A DNA stretch of 57,782 nucleotides from Nemertoderma westbladi (taxonomy: Eukaryota > Animalia > Xenacoelomorpha), in assembly GCA_032718475.1 (NCBI GenBank), contig JAUCBJ010006381.1:1-57782 (forward strand). Reading direction: 5' to 3'. Shown here piece after piece: positions 13,317-25,300 of this stretch. The notes below the pieces were generated by a model, which worked only from the letters and a program-made list of their open reading frames with translations, was not told the origin of the DNA and made no database searches. Within the stretch, counting starts at the first letter, position 1. Each line of letters begins with the position of its first letter. Both the position numbers and the translations under genes were made by a program.

Positions 13317-13964
13317 TGTATGTATAGAAATGTTTATTTGGCAGATCTAGGCCTACCAGTAGTCTGACAAGTATTGCTCTGTATATCAGTAATGAGTACC
13401 AGAGTACCGGTGTATTGCATATTGTAGAACAAATGAACGAATGGCAGAATGGCCAAAGAATACAGGTTCTTTCCTTCCAGTCAACAAGTAGAACTGGAAT
13501 ATTTTTAAAGACGGGTTACAATACTGCAATAGCAATTTACTGGTAGAAATGTTCGTAGTTACTGTCAGACTGTAGGCTTAGAGTCTGAGAGTGGCAGGGT
13601 TGGCCTATTTCCCTCCTGCCAGCCCGGTTTGTAATACCGGTGTAAGAAAAAACGAATGCAGGAATGTACGGTCTAGGCTGGTTGGAATGGTAGGTAGAAG
13701 TTTTGAAAGCAACGGTAATCGTTGTCTGGTTGTGGCGGTAGCAACCGACGGTGAGACGGTACGTATGTAAAAGCTGTAGCAGTGACCTCAGTACGGTTGA
13801 TCCGTACCGGTCTGTACTGATGTAGCAATTTGGTCAGTAGTTCTGTAGTTGTAATTACCGTCCTGCTGATGTAGTATCAAATCAATAGGCCTAATCAAAG
13901 CAGCAATGCGTGGCCCTGGTCTGTAGTCCAGTAGTCAGTATCAAGGCCCATAGGTTTCTTTCAA

Positions 13965-13976
13965 CTCGCAGCGCCA
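13965..13976 (-). promoter_or_regulatory. Canonical tRNA primer-binding site TGGCGCTGCGAG (probably tRNA-Ser)
   Basis: Starts with TGG 2 nt after the 5' LTR; complementary to a tRNA end ...CUCGCAGCGCCA. Confidence 0.8.
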
Positions 13977-13978
13977 TT

Positions 13979-14256
13979 TGTTAGTTCCCAAGGTAAACGT
14001 GAAGATATAATAAAGATAAGTGATGATCATATCTATATACTGATATATTCCTATAAACCTGCAGTCCCATACTGATGATATGACGGCATAAAGTAAAGCA
14101 GGACAGACGAATACAATGTACTGCTGTACTGAATCTATCTATCTCTACCTCCAGCCGTACTGACCTAGGTAGTAACCGGTATCTCCTTGGAATCCTCCTA
14201 CCTATGTACATACAGTATATCAGTCCCGCATAACACCATCAATCATAACCCTAACA
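13979..14256 (-). repeat. Gypsy 5' LTR (278 bp)
   Basis: Matches 7711-7992 apart from a 4-bp (AT)n indel; terminal inverted TGTTAG/CTAACA. Confidence 0.97.
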
Positions 14257-15470
14257 CATTGAAAATATATTAGCCTTAGTAACATCATCAACTACAGTAT
14301 TACCATTGTACTGTAGTGGTGCAATACCCGCTTTATTGCGTTTTCGTGAGTTAGTGTACTTAAAGACTGCTTCCGGACTTCCTGAGCTGAGAATTTTACA
14401 TTCTTTGGCGCAGGCAGCCCGGAATGCACCCTGAGAAGCAGCTTTAGCAGCCTTAGTGTAAGCTGCTCTGCCAGATACTGTGTGCCTGCGGCGCCACAGT
14501 TTCTTTTTATTATTCTGAAGTTGCTTTACTAAAACCGGGTATGCTTTCTTATTAGGATTAATAGATTTGAAAGGCACACAATTATCAATACCTACTTTGA
14601 GTATACTTGTAAATTTGCACCAGAAATCATCTATAGTGTTACATAATTGAAATTCGATAGTCCAATTGATATTTTGTAAATATGACGAAAATTTGTTATA
14701 GTCACAGTTAGAAAAGTCATGAAAACCAATGCAATCTCGCTGAATTATCTCATGTGGGGAAATAATATTAAAACAAACTGTAGCATGATCACTAGTAGAA
14801 AAATTTTCAATTACTGAAACACAAGATACATGTAAGTCTTCCGACCAGAAAACTAGGTCTAGGACATTATCTAAGCGCGTTGGCTCTAATTGAAGTTGAG
14901 AAAGACCAGATTCTAAAACAAAATTAGAACATGAATTATATATTTGTGAGTCCGGATGAGATAGTTCAACCCAATCAAAATCTGGTAGATTAAAATCGCC
15001 CATTATTACGCAGGGCCGGTCAATGTCACACAGACTAGATAGGAACCATACAAAATGTCCGACTGGTCAGATGAAAGACTAGTACTTCTGTATACACATA
15101 CAATACGACTGGGATCATTTCCGAGAAGGTCAACAGCGATAATCTCGACATCGTTAAATATTTGGGGTATCAGAACACGGGAGCATTTAATCGAGTTATG
15201 GATTAAAAGGGCTACACCTCCTCCACGAGATGGGCGATCATTACGATAAACTTTGTATTTATCCGCACGCGAAAGCATGGTGTCTGTAACAGTAGCATCT
15301 AACCAAGTTTCGGTGACACAAACTATGTCGTACAAAGCATCACACAAATTGTCGAACTCAGGAAGTTTGTTTTTAAGGGAACGCGCATTTATACACCCAC
15401 ATTTTAACCATGGTTTAGAAAGTCCTGCTTTTGATGGTTTGTTAGTTAGATCTTCTCCCTTTAGCAGTTT
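14257..15470 (-). mobile_element. Same LINE, 5' half of ORF2: APE endonuclease and linker; apparently 5'-truncated (right boundary approximate)
   Basis: INARSL, VTETWL, RGGGVAL, MGDFNLP, LDLV and SDH (APE motifs). Removing the Gypsy element and one CATTG restores the frame ...KANIFSM|VLSQNFSEDNG. Confidence 0.9.
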
Positions 15471-15897
15471 CCCTGACTATGAGTGTCCGGAATGACATGA
15501 ATTTATCCCCTTCCTAGACTTATAGTGTTGTATTGTATTAACTCTCCCTCCATAACATAATTAAATTGCATACTGTAATGGATAATGAACATTTCTTAAA
15601 TATTATACAGAAATACTAAAAGGTAACAGATATTATTGTTATGTTGTGAATAAGGAGGGAGAAGAGAAGACCACCAAGCTGCCAAGGCATATAAGCATAC
15701 TAGGGGTCCCATCCCAAGTTATCATATTATATTTAAAATAAACTTCAAAAATATAAAATAAAAATAAAATGGGGAACGCACCGATCGCACGTATGTACTA
15801 ATGTACAGTACATAATAATATATTTTATTCCAAAATTGTAACATATTACTCAACGCCGTTAGTATTAACAGCGAGTTGTTATTTAGCACTTTACAAC

Positions 15898-17148
15898 TGT
15901 AAAAGCTTCTGTGGGATATAACTGGCCCTTTTGCTTCGCAATCCAGTTTCCCCCCAGGCGCTGGAATACTCTAAAAAGGTTCTCTAACTGTATATATATT
16001 CCCCTCGCCCGCAAGGTACCGTTACAGGTGTTTTAACGGACATAAAAGTCATTCTGCTATATACGTGTTTTAGCGGACATGGTAAGGCAAAAAACCTGCA
16101 ATGCGACAAATACCTTTCATAGCTTAGCCGTGATGATTCATATTACGACATCTAACAGCTGGTTGCTGACATGGAAACAGCCATTGGACGCATGGTTCTT
16201 TGTTTGGCTTGAGCCAATCAGAGCGATTTTTCCTGTCGACGTGTAGCTTTTTGGTCGATCATAAGGAGAGTGTTCAGTCTTACTGTTTTTTGCTTGATAC
16301 TTTGTTGTTATTGCTGTCTAGGCCAGGAACAACGGCTCTAGAGTCAATGCGTTTCATACTTTTAGAAGAAACATTAGTAGGCTTAAATTATAGAGCGTAT
16401 GACTGTTATCAAACCATTCACAATTCAATACTTTGTTGTTATTACTGTTCAACATACATTATTATACTGCTATTTACTGTTGTGTTTGGTTGAATATTAT
16501 TTGGAGAACATATATAAAGAACCCAAATTTCCCAATTTTCTTGATACACTACAGGTTAGAGAGACGGGTTATATATAGCAATTGCGACTTATATTGTTGT
16601 GGTTTGTAGTGAATTTAATGCTATTTGATAAGCACTACATTGGTCCGTTGCTGTTCTCTTTATATATGATAAAATTCATTGACGGTCGGCAAATTAGTGT
16701 GCAGTATTGTGTGTTACCGGTAGTGTGCATGATTGTGATTGATAACTAAGCATTTCCTAAAGAATGCGCCTCATATGTGAATCTTAAGCCTTACCGACTT
16801 ACCGTTGTGATTAGTATAAGTCATATCTCGGTTTACTTAGATAGAGCGCCACGTCCTAAAGGAACTGTTAATATTTCCCGAAAGTAAATAATATTAGTCA
16901 GAAATTAATTATTAACGATCAATCGAATAATACAATACAGTAAGCTTCACTGCAATAATAATCTAAGCCCTCAGAATCCAGTCTCCCGGGAATATCCAGC
17001 GGGTGAATGGACGCGCACTAGGCTGGCTTCTGCTAATGTTGTGTTTATTGGTATTAAATATTTGTCATCTTCTAAAGTATATTTATAAACCAAAAGACAT
17101 ATAAATTTTGGCAGGTTAAACTGCTAAAGGTCTTCAAAAGCGCGTACA
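15898..17148 (+). repeat. Element 1 5' LTR (1251 bp)
   Basis: Differs from the 3' LTR by a 6-bp indel near the start and about 4 substitutions seen by eye. Confidence 0.97.
16183..16279 (+). promoter_or_regulatory. Candidate LTR promoter of element 1
   Basis: ATTGG (16183) and CCAAT (16214) 31 bp apart, then Inr-like TCAGTC at 16274. An alternative TATATAAA lies at 16511. Confidence 0.4.
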
Positions 17149-17159
17149 ATAACAGTCAT
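17149..17159 (+). promoter_or_regulatory. Non-tRNA primer-binding site candidate ATAACAGTCAT, complementary to LTR 16399-16409
   Basis: Abuts the 5' LTR, lacks TGG, and is the exact reverse complement of ATGACTGTTAT in both LTRs (16399-16409, 33896-33906). Confidence 0.7.
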
Positions 17160-17190
17160 TGACTTTATTGCAGTAAGCAATAAAGTTGAA

Positions 17191-17345
17191 AGTACCGGTC
17201 GACCGGTAAACCTGAACCGGTACTTCTGTAGGTCAGTAGGCCCAACTGCCAGAACCGGTACTGCTGTAAAGGTCCGTAGGTCCAACTGCCAGAACCGGTA
17301 CTTCTGTAGGTCCGTAGGCCCAACTGTCCTAACCGGTACTTCCAG
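17191..17345 (+). repeat. Tandem repeat, ~39-bp unit (AACCGGTACTTCTGTAGGTCCGTAGGCCCAACTGCCAG), 3-4 copies, in the element 1 leader
   Basis: Directly visible just downstream of the PBS hairpin. Confidence 0.85.
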
Positions 17346-17499
17346 TATAAGTACATTAGTATTATTCGATTTGATCATTGTATACCGGTAGGTCTCGATA
17401 TTAAATCGGGGACGCCTGGTTTTTATTGGGATTTTACTTAGGTCTATTTCTGTCAGTTTTATTTCCTAGTAAGTTAATATTGAGCTGAAGACGTGTAAG

Positions 17500-18090
17500 T
17501 CTGCTCAGATTGTTCAGATAATTGTAGGCCGGACTGTTGTCGGATTGTTGTTGGGTTTGGAGAGATTACGGCGTGTGTAGAGTTTGTCCGATAGAGTGCC
17601 AGTTAGTAAGTTGGGGCAGCCATAGCTGTAAGGTCAATCCCCTCTTAAAGAATAAGTTGTACTACCGTGTTAGAACGCATACTAACTAACAATTTTGGAA
17701 TCTGCACATACTGTAGTTTATTTAGGCTTGACAGTATTCTGCCAGCGCTTTGGCCTGTGTCTGTTTGTGTGGTCTGTTCAGGTACCGTAATAGTTATTGC
17801 TCAGATATTTTGTAGGCTGGATTGTTGTCTAGCTATTATTAGGTCTGAAGAGATTGCTGCTTGTGTAGAGTTTGTCTGATAAAGTGCCAGTTAGTAAGTT
17901 GGGGCAGCCATAGCTGTAAGGTCAATCCCCTCTTAAAGAATAAGTCGTACTACCGTGTTAGAACGCATACTAACTAACCGTTTTGGAATCTGCACATACA
18001 GTAGTTTATTTAGGCTTGGTGGTAGTCTGCCAGCATTTGGTCTGTATTTTGTTTGAGTATTCTGTACGGGTAGCGTAATATTTATTATTC
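17500..18090 (+). repeat. Tandem duplication, ~287-bp period, in the element 1 leader (edges approximate)
   Basis: GTGTAGAGTTTGTC...GGGGCAGCCATAGCTGTAAGGTCAATCCCCTC...GGAATCTGCACATAC occurs at ~17576 and ~17863. Confidence 0.85.
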
Positions 18091-19383
18091 AGAGTTTATG
18101 CGATTATTCGCAACATTCATGTCCCCAAGTTTATTCCTACAGTAATTGTGTTTGTTATACATACCGTTATAGTTAAATTAACCCCGGTGCTACACGGGCT
18201 GCTTGGCGTAGGACAAGACTGGTGACTTTGTGCTCTGGTCACTCCAGCAGATGCCGTGGTTCTTTTAACTGTTCAAGTATATTTAACTACTGATTATTTG
18301 TTGTACCAGTACTTGTACCTAATTTAGGGTTTAGTGTACAGTGCTTTCCGAAGTAATTAGTGTGTAGGCAGTATATTTGTGTTGTAAAGTGGTTAATAGG
18401 CACGCTGGATCTGGTAGTCCGCGGTAATTAACTTCTAGGTAGGAACACTCCGTGATACATAACGTAGTACCTATAGCGATACGGTTATAGGTCGTCAGGC
18501 GGTGGTATTTTCCTATCTGGACAGTGCAATATATTTACTACTACTTATTATTTTCAAATACCGTAGTACCCTGTCCGTTGTAATAACCAGAATTCTAACC
18601 CTTTGTTAGACTGGTTTGTAGACTTCCTGTAAAATTACCCTAAAAATTCGTACGTAATATTTTTGTTGTGTTTAATTAGAGATTTAATCTCACCCGTATC
18701 GTAAGTAATTTGTAGTATTAAGTAACTTAGGTAAATTAGAATTATCTGTTTTAGTGTCCAATAAATAGCACTTCACTGAGAGCGCACAGCTTCTGTGTAG
18801 TGACCCCCCAGAAATAATAACATTTATTTCAAATATTGAAAAAACCCTTTTAAACGGGTATATATCTATTATAAATCAACTCAAACGATTTATAAATAGT
18901 AGGCCTGCCATACAACAACTAGGTCTCAAAATCAGTTGGACTACTGCTTAAATAACGGTAACAAAGTAAGTTAAAGTAACCAAGTAACCCTAAAATATTC
19001 AGAAATTCAATTATTCTAAATTAATTGACATACCGGTATTTACCATAGGCTTATTATATTTATTTCTATAAATTTGAGCTGACAATCATACCGGTATTCT
19101 GTAATTAATTCTAGTTCATAATTATACTTATATATACTATAAGTGTAAGCTGTATACCGGTATTCACGATAGGCCTATTATATACTTATATATATTTGTG
19201 CTAAATTTATATACCGGTACTCTGTGACAAAACTAGTTTACAATACTTATATATATTATAAGTGCATACCGGTATTCTAATATACTGCAATAAATTACCG
19301 GTACTAGGCCAACGGTCATACTGAATTACTAGACTTGCTTTAACTGTAACTATAGCAGTAAGCATTCAACTGTATAGCTAAAC

Positions 19384-22300
19384 ATGTCTGACACTCAGCA
19401 AAACCTGTCAGACAGTCTAATCGATACAACCATCTGTGACACAGATAGGAGTGTGGAGCGATTAAGAAAGGAGTTCAGCTCACCTCCTACTGAAAGAAAG
19501 GTCATCCCTCCAGTAGTAGTATCAGACCCTAAGCTAATCCAACACCGTAGGTCTATCATCGGCACTCGGGCCCAAGTCAAACGGAACCAGGAAGCAGCTG
19601 CCCCACAGCAGCAACAGCCTAGTCAAGAAACTTGTTCCCAGCGATCAGATAGCTCCAGTAGTTCGGATACTGTCGAACTGACCCCCGAACGCGGATTGCA
19701 GATGGCGGCTACAGCCTACTCGGACCCCCTTCTCACCCTTCCTGCCGCAGTGCTAACTACTATATTGATTGCGGTGGAGGAACATCAAGCAGATTGGGCG
19801 AGAAATAAGCGAGCGACCCAAGATAATTATGCGGGATACGCCAGGGAAGAATTGATGTCTATTGTCGAGTCACAATGGAACTTTCCCGGACCCGGACTCC
19901 CGTTAGATCTGTCCGAGGCTACTTGGGAAGATATACACAGGATGGGAGTGGCTAAAGATACGATGGATCCAGCTGTTTGGAAGAGGTCGGCAGCAGGATA
20001 TGTGCAGGGATTCTTCGGCTCCTTAGAGAAATTAGAAGAACAACTGTTTCGACAACCCCAAGGACCTCAAGAGCAGGAAGAACTGCTATATCAAGTACGC
20101 GAAAGAACCCTACGCATTCGACTAATCCTATCAGCTTTTGAGGAAACTTCCAAAAGAAGACAGGACACGTCACTGCAGGTTGCTGTCAAAACTTGGTTCC
20201 AGCGGGTAGGTCTCCAAGTACAAGAAACAGACCAGTGGAAATCCCAGCTGTCTGAGAGACTAACTTATGAAGAACCAACCGATGCCACCCTTTCTCAAGT
20301 GGAAGGCGAAGAGACCTCAGAGAAACCACGAACGAGAGACGCCATAGACATTTATCTGTCCGACTATCAGCGATTCCTAGGAGACGAAGAATTGAGGAGA
20401 CGGCTGTCTGGACTTTCCCCCAATAGTGAAGGAACCCAGCGTGTGTTAGATTCAATCGATGCTGAAATGTTAGCTGCTAACCAAGCAGAATTTGATGAAA
20501 AACTCCGCCTCGCTAGAGTCCAAGAAGAAAAGGTAAAGAAAAGACGGATAGAGGAACAAAAGGCGGCGGCTACGGCAGAAGCAGAAGCAGAAAGAAAAGC
20601 AGCGGCGGTAGAAGTAGAAGCAGAAAGAAAGGCAGCGGCGGCAGAAGCAAAGGCGGAAAGGGCAGTGGCAGAAGCAGAACGGAGAGCGTCTGAGCAGACT
20701 ACCCAACTGGAGTTGGAAAATCTGCAAGAGACGCAAGACAACATAAATAAACAGTTAACCGCTAGGCAAATGCAGATGATGAGACGATCTACTCCCAAAC
20801 GCCAGGGATACACATCATCGGAGGAAAGCGAAACCACCGATCCTGAAGGCGGAGGAAATAGATCACGTCTAAGCAGGCGTAGAAAAACATCTCATCGTCA
20901 CAAATTGCCTGATTTGCCCCCAGCTGTTAAAAGACAGCTAGCTAGCACAGACTTAGGTAGTACGGAACCCATAGACCAAACTGTTCAGGTCAAAAGACTC
21001 CCTACAATAGTTGATGAGCCTGAAATAATTAGGCCTGTCGTTCCCAAAGTCACTTCTGTGTTAGAGACCTCTGTACTTCCAGAGCTTCACTCTAAATTCC
21101 CTTTACACAGTACTACACTGCCTGTACCCGGTAGAACAGTCCATGAGAATATCCCTGTCCTGGAAGCTGAGAGAGAAATCAAAGATTTGTCTCCCGTCGT
21201 CCCGCGTCAGCCCGCTACTATGTTGGCGACTCCCGCTTCGGCGGTCGAGTGGGTAGAAGAGGGACGGCGGGGGATGAACCTCCTGCTCGGACAGATGCAG
21301 GAGACTGTCCACCAGCTTAAGGGAACAGTAAGGGAAAGTAGGGCCGAATTGCAAGAAGTGCAGCAAAGTATCGCGCTAGAACGCGACAAATTAGTCAATA
21401 TACAAAAGGGAATACCAATACCCCCTGTAACATTGTGTCAACCTGTTAGGTCTGAAATCTTACATTCGCAAGGTGTGGAGCCTACACGCATCTATACTGC
21501 TAGTGAAGTAGAAACTCCTATAGCAAACCCTATTAAGGGTGATTATAGACCTGTTATTAATGATATTCCCTATAGACCTGATACTGATCCGAGAAATTTA
21601 TATACCGATAATTCGATATTAAATAACACGATGGCCCAAGAAAGCTTTACGCGGCAGATGGCTAGAACAGAAGCCCGCCAAGCGGTCAAAGTGGGAGAGA
21701 TCGTCAAATTCAATGGAGATGAGATGAAATGGTTACCTTTCAACGAATATTACAAAGACAGCATACAGAACTCTGTACTATCTAACGGAGAGAAACTTAG
21801 GTTCCTCATCAAGTGCTTAGAAGGACCTCCCAAGTTAATGGCGTTAAAGTTTATTGGACATCCAGAAGGATTAAGACAAGTATGGGATACATTAAACATC
21901 AGGTATGGTAACAAGGATAACATAGCTAAGTATTTGTATGCAAAATTAGTAGCCCCCCGACATTTCCTTAGTAGCGGGATTATAGAGTTTTCAGATGAAA
22001 TTCAAGAGATCTGTAGACAATTGGACTGGTTAGGTAAGTCTCATGAATATCAGAGTTCAATGGTTATTGGAGCCGTAGTCTCTACTTTACCAAAGGGTGG
22101 AGTATGTACACGCTGGGACAAGAAAGTGTTGTACATGAATGAACAACAACGACGAAGTCCTACCATGGCTGATCTCATGTCCTTCTTGGATGGTGAGGTA
22201 AAACTACAACTCATCAAGCAGTCCAGAGAGAAAACATCGGAAAATAAGGTAAGTGAGAAACCCGCTTCTAGGAGAAGAATAACACCTGTGTGTTACACTG

Positions 22301-25300
22301 ACGACGGCGAAAGCCAAGTTTCTCAAGAAGAGGACAGCGGGAAAGATACTGAGCGATCTTACTACGTTGACAAAACCTCAAAAGATGTAAGTAAATACAA
22401 GGCTCGAAACAACGATAGGAGAGAACAGGTTGCCAAGACCCCTCCTCAGTCTCCTAACAGAATGCACCGAAGAAAACCCGAAGAAAAAACGAGAGTGCAT
22501 CAAGTTACCCAAGGTAAAGTGAGTAACATAAAACCTAACTGTGCGCTGTGCGACGGGACCCACCGTTTGAGTACGTGTGCTGAATTTCTAAAGAAATCCC
22601 TTGTAGACAGACGTGCAGTTGTGTGGGATAAGCGGTTATGCTATAATTGCCTCAGACCAGGACACCAACGGCGAACCTGTTACTCCGACATAAAGTGTGC
22701 AAAGTGTGGCGCAAAACATCACATCTTGTTACACAGTGAGTTCGAACGAGACAAACCGAGTCAGGTAAGTGAGCCCGAACTACATGTCCAATTCAGTGAT
22801 GTAAACGACACTGATCAGGAGTCTGAGATGGAAGGATTCTATACTGACGAATTCTCCGACGCCAACGAATCCTGTTATCTAATCAATACCGCAGTGTATC
22901 GAGCACTTACTTATGAAAAGGACACCAACAATGAGTTTCCCCCAACTACTTTTGCCAAACAACCATCTTGGAAAGCTCCAACTTCCAACGTAGGAATCAG
23001 AGAATTTCCTGTAGTGCAGGTAAGAGTTCACGGTCTTAACAAAAGTTACATAGTGAACGCCCTCCTTGACTCCGGCAGCACAGGAACATTCATCGATCAA
23101 GAATTAGCCGAAGATATCTTTGCTGGACAACCCAAATTCCGGACTAAATTGTATATGTCAGGAATTATGCAGGTTTGGAAATCTACCCTAACGGCAGATT
23201 ACTATGTAGGTGTGTTGTCCACCCCCCAGGATAAGTTAGGGGCACAAGGTATAAGGTCGGTAAAAATGGTGGCTATAAAGAACTTCGCTACTACTCAAGC
23301 AGACCTTTATAATTGGGACGAAGATGAGAGCATCCAACATCTTGAGATACCTCGATTCCAGACAGATTATCCTGGAGTGCAAATCCTCATCGGCCAAAAC
23401 GCGCACGAGGCGCTCGAAACATTAGAGAAACGGCCTGCTCAACCGCAGCCACTGCAAACCTATGCAGTAAGAACTAGAGTAGGTTGGTACTTTACTGGCC
23501 CTTCCCGCAGGACTCTCGAGGAGAGAATGCCACAAGAACAAACATATCAAGTACACGATTGGGAAGTGGAGAGCAGTGAGGTGGACGAACTAACTGAGGG
23601 AACACCATACTCCTCAGATAATGACGACATCTACCAACTCTTCGATGAAGAGAACACCATCGACCTACTTACAGAAAACCAAACTTGGAAAAGTCAGGTG
23701 AACCTATGTCAACTGATTCACCCATCGGAACCCATCGCTTACAATGACGAACTAAACGATGAGATAGAGCGCTACAACGCTAGAACTCGGGACGAACTAG
23801 CCGTACGATTCTTTACTCAGGAACTGGTAGAGCCCAATTCATATGATAAGGCTCTATCGATAGAAGAAGAAAGAGCCAAGCAAATCCAGGAAACAACTAC
23901 ACGTTTTTTAAAGGACCAAGGTAGGTATGAAATCGGCCTACCATTTCGAAAACGAGAACCTAGATTTATAAATAACCGACCTTTGGCAGAGAAAAGAATC
24001 GCTCAATTACATCGACGACTTACAGCTAATGCTTCAGCGAAAGAAATGTACCAAACTCAGCTGAAGAAATTTATAACAAAGGGATACGCGGAGCGAGTAC
24101 CGGAAGGAACACCAGTGACTGAGAGAACGTATTATTTAACACATCATTACGTTCCCAAACCCGGTAAACCCCATGAAGTAAGAGTCATATTTGATGGCTC
24201 CGCTCTATATATGGGCCAATCCCTTAATTCCGAGTTGTTACCAGGACCCAACTTACTCCAATCTTTGTTGGGAATACTATTAAGATTAAGACAATATTCC
24301 ATCGCGTTCGCCTCTGATATAGAAGGAATGTTCTTACAAGTCAAGGCGCTGGATAGAGATAGAGACAGCCTGAGATTTCTATGGTGGCCTGAAGGAGACC
24401 TCAACCAGAAACCGGTAGAGTACTGGATGACCATCCAGGCTTTTGGGATCATATCAAGCCCTTCCAACGCCTGCTCCGTGGTGCGAACCACTGCGAATGA
24501 TAACCGAGACTCCTTCTCCAAAGAAGTGATAGACAACATAAAACGCAATATATACATGGACGACAATTTAAGGTCCCTTCCATCAGTAGAAGAAGCCATA
24601 GCTGTCGCGAAAGGAACGGTAGAGTGTTTGAAAAGAGGTGGATTTCGACTGACGAAATTCACTAGCAACTCCCGTGAGTTTCTGGAAGCCATACCGGTAG
24701 AAGATCGCGGAGCGAAAGACCTAGACTTAATAAAGGACGATCTTCCTGAAACCAAGACGCTAGGCTTGAAGTGGGACACTGAAAGAGACATCCTGTTTTT
24801 TCAGTTAAAACAGCGAGATAATCCAGTTCGGACCAAACGGATTTGTTTAAGTATCCTGAGCACTTATTTCGACCCATTGGGATTTATTAGCCCAGTTATA
24901 TTGATTGCTCGGAGTTTAGTACAATAAATGTGGCTTGAAAACCACTCATGGGACGATCCGCTTAAGGGGGAATTGTTAAAGAAATGGATGAAATGGGAAG
25001 ATTCTCTACCTGCCATCGAGAACTTTATAATTTCCCGTGCATATTTTGGCCATGTTCTTCCTACGTATTCCTATCAACTCCATGTGTTTGGAGACGCCAG
25101 CGACATGGGAATAGGTATAGTAGCATATCTGCGAGTCGAAACTCCGGATGGGATCAAAGTCGCCTTGGTTACCTCTAAGGCATTGATTAACAACAAGTTA
25201 AAGGTTCCTCGAGCGGAGTTAAAGGCAGCTTTATACGCTACAGCCATCGGCCGGAACGTAACGGAACAAATCGACTATCCACTGGAGAAAACGGTTTATT

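Larger units (their letters stand above)
7711..14256 (-). mobile_element. Full-length Ty3/Gypsy LTR retrotransposon (Mag-like) inserted in the LINE
   Basis: TG...CA LTRs at 7711-7992 and 13979-14256, 5-bp TSD CATTG (7706-7710, 14257-14261), PBS and PPT present, domain order gag-PR-RT-RH-IN. Confidence 0.97.

Noticed and set aside
16200-16493. Small ORFs repeated in LTRs (also 33697-33990, 35792-36582, 52592-53402, 7759-7947, 13981-14211)
   Set aside because: They recur only because LTRs are duplicated; mostly non-ATG starts and no recognisable domains.
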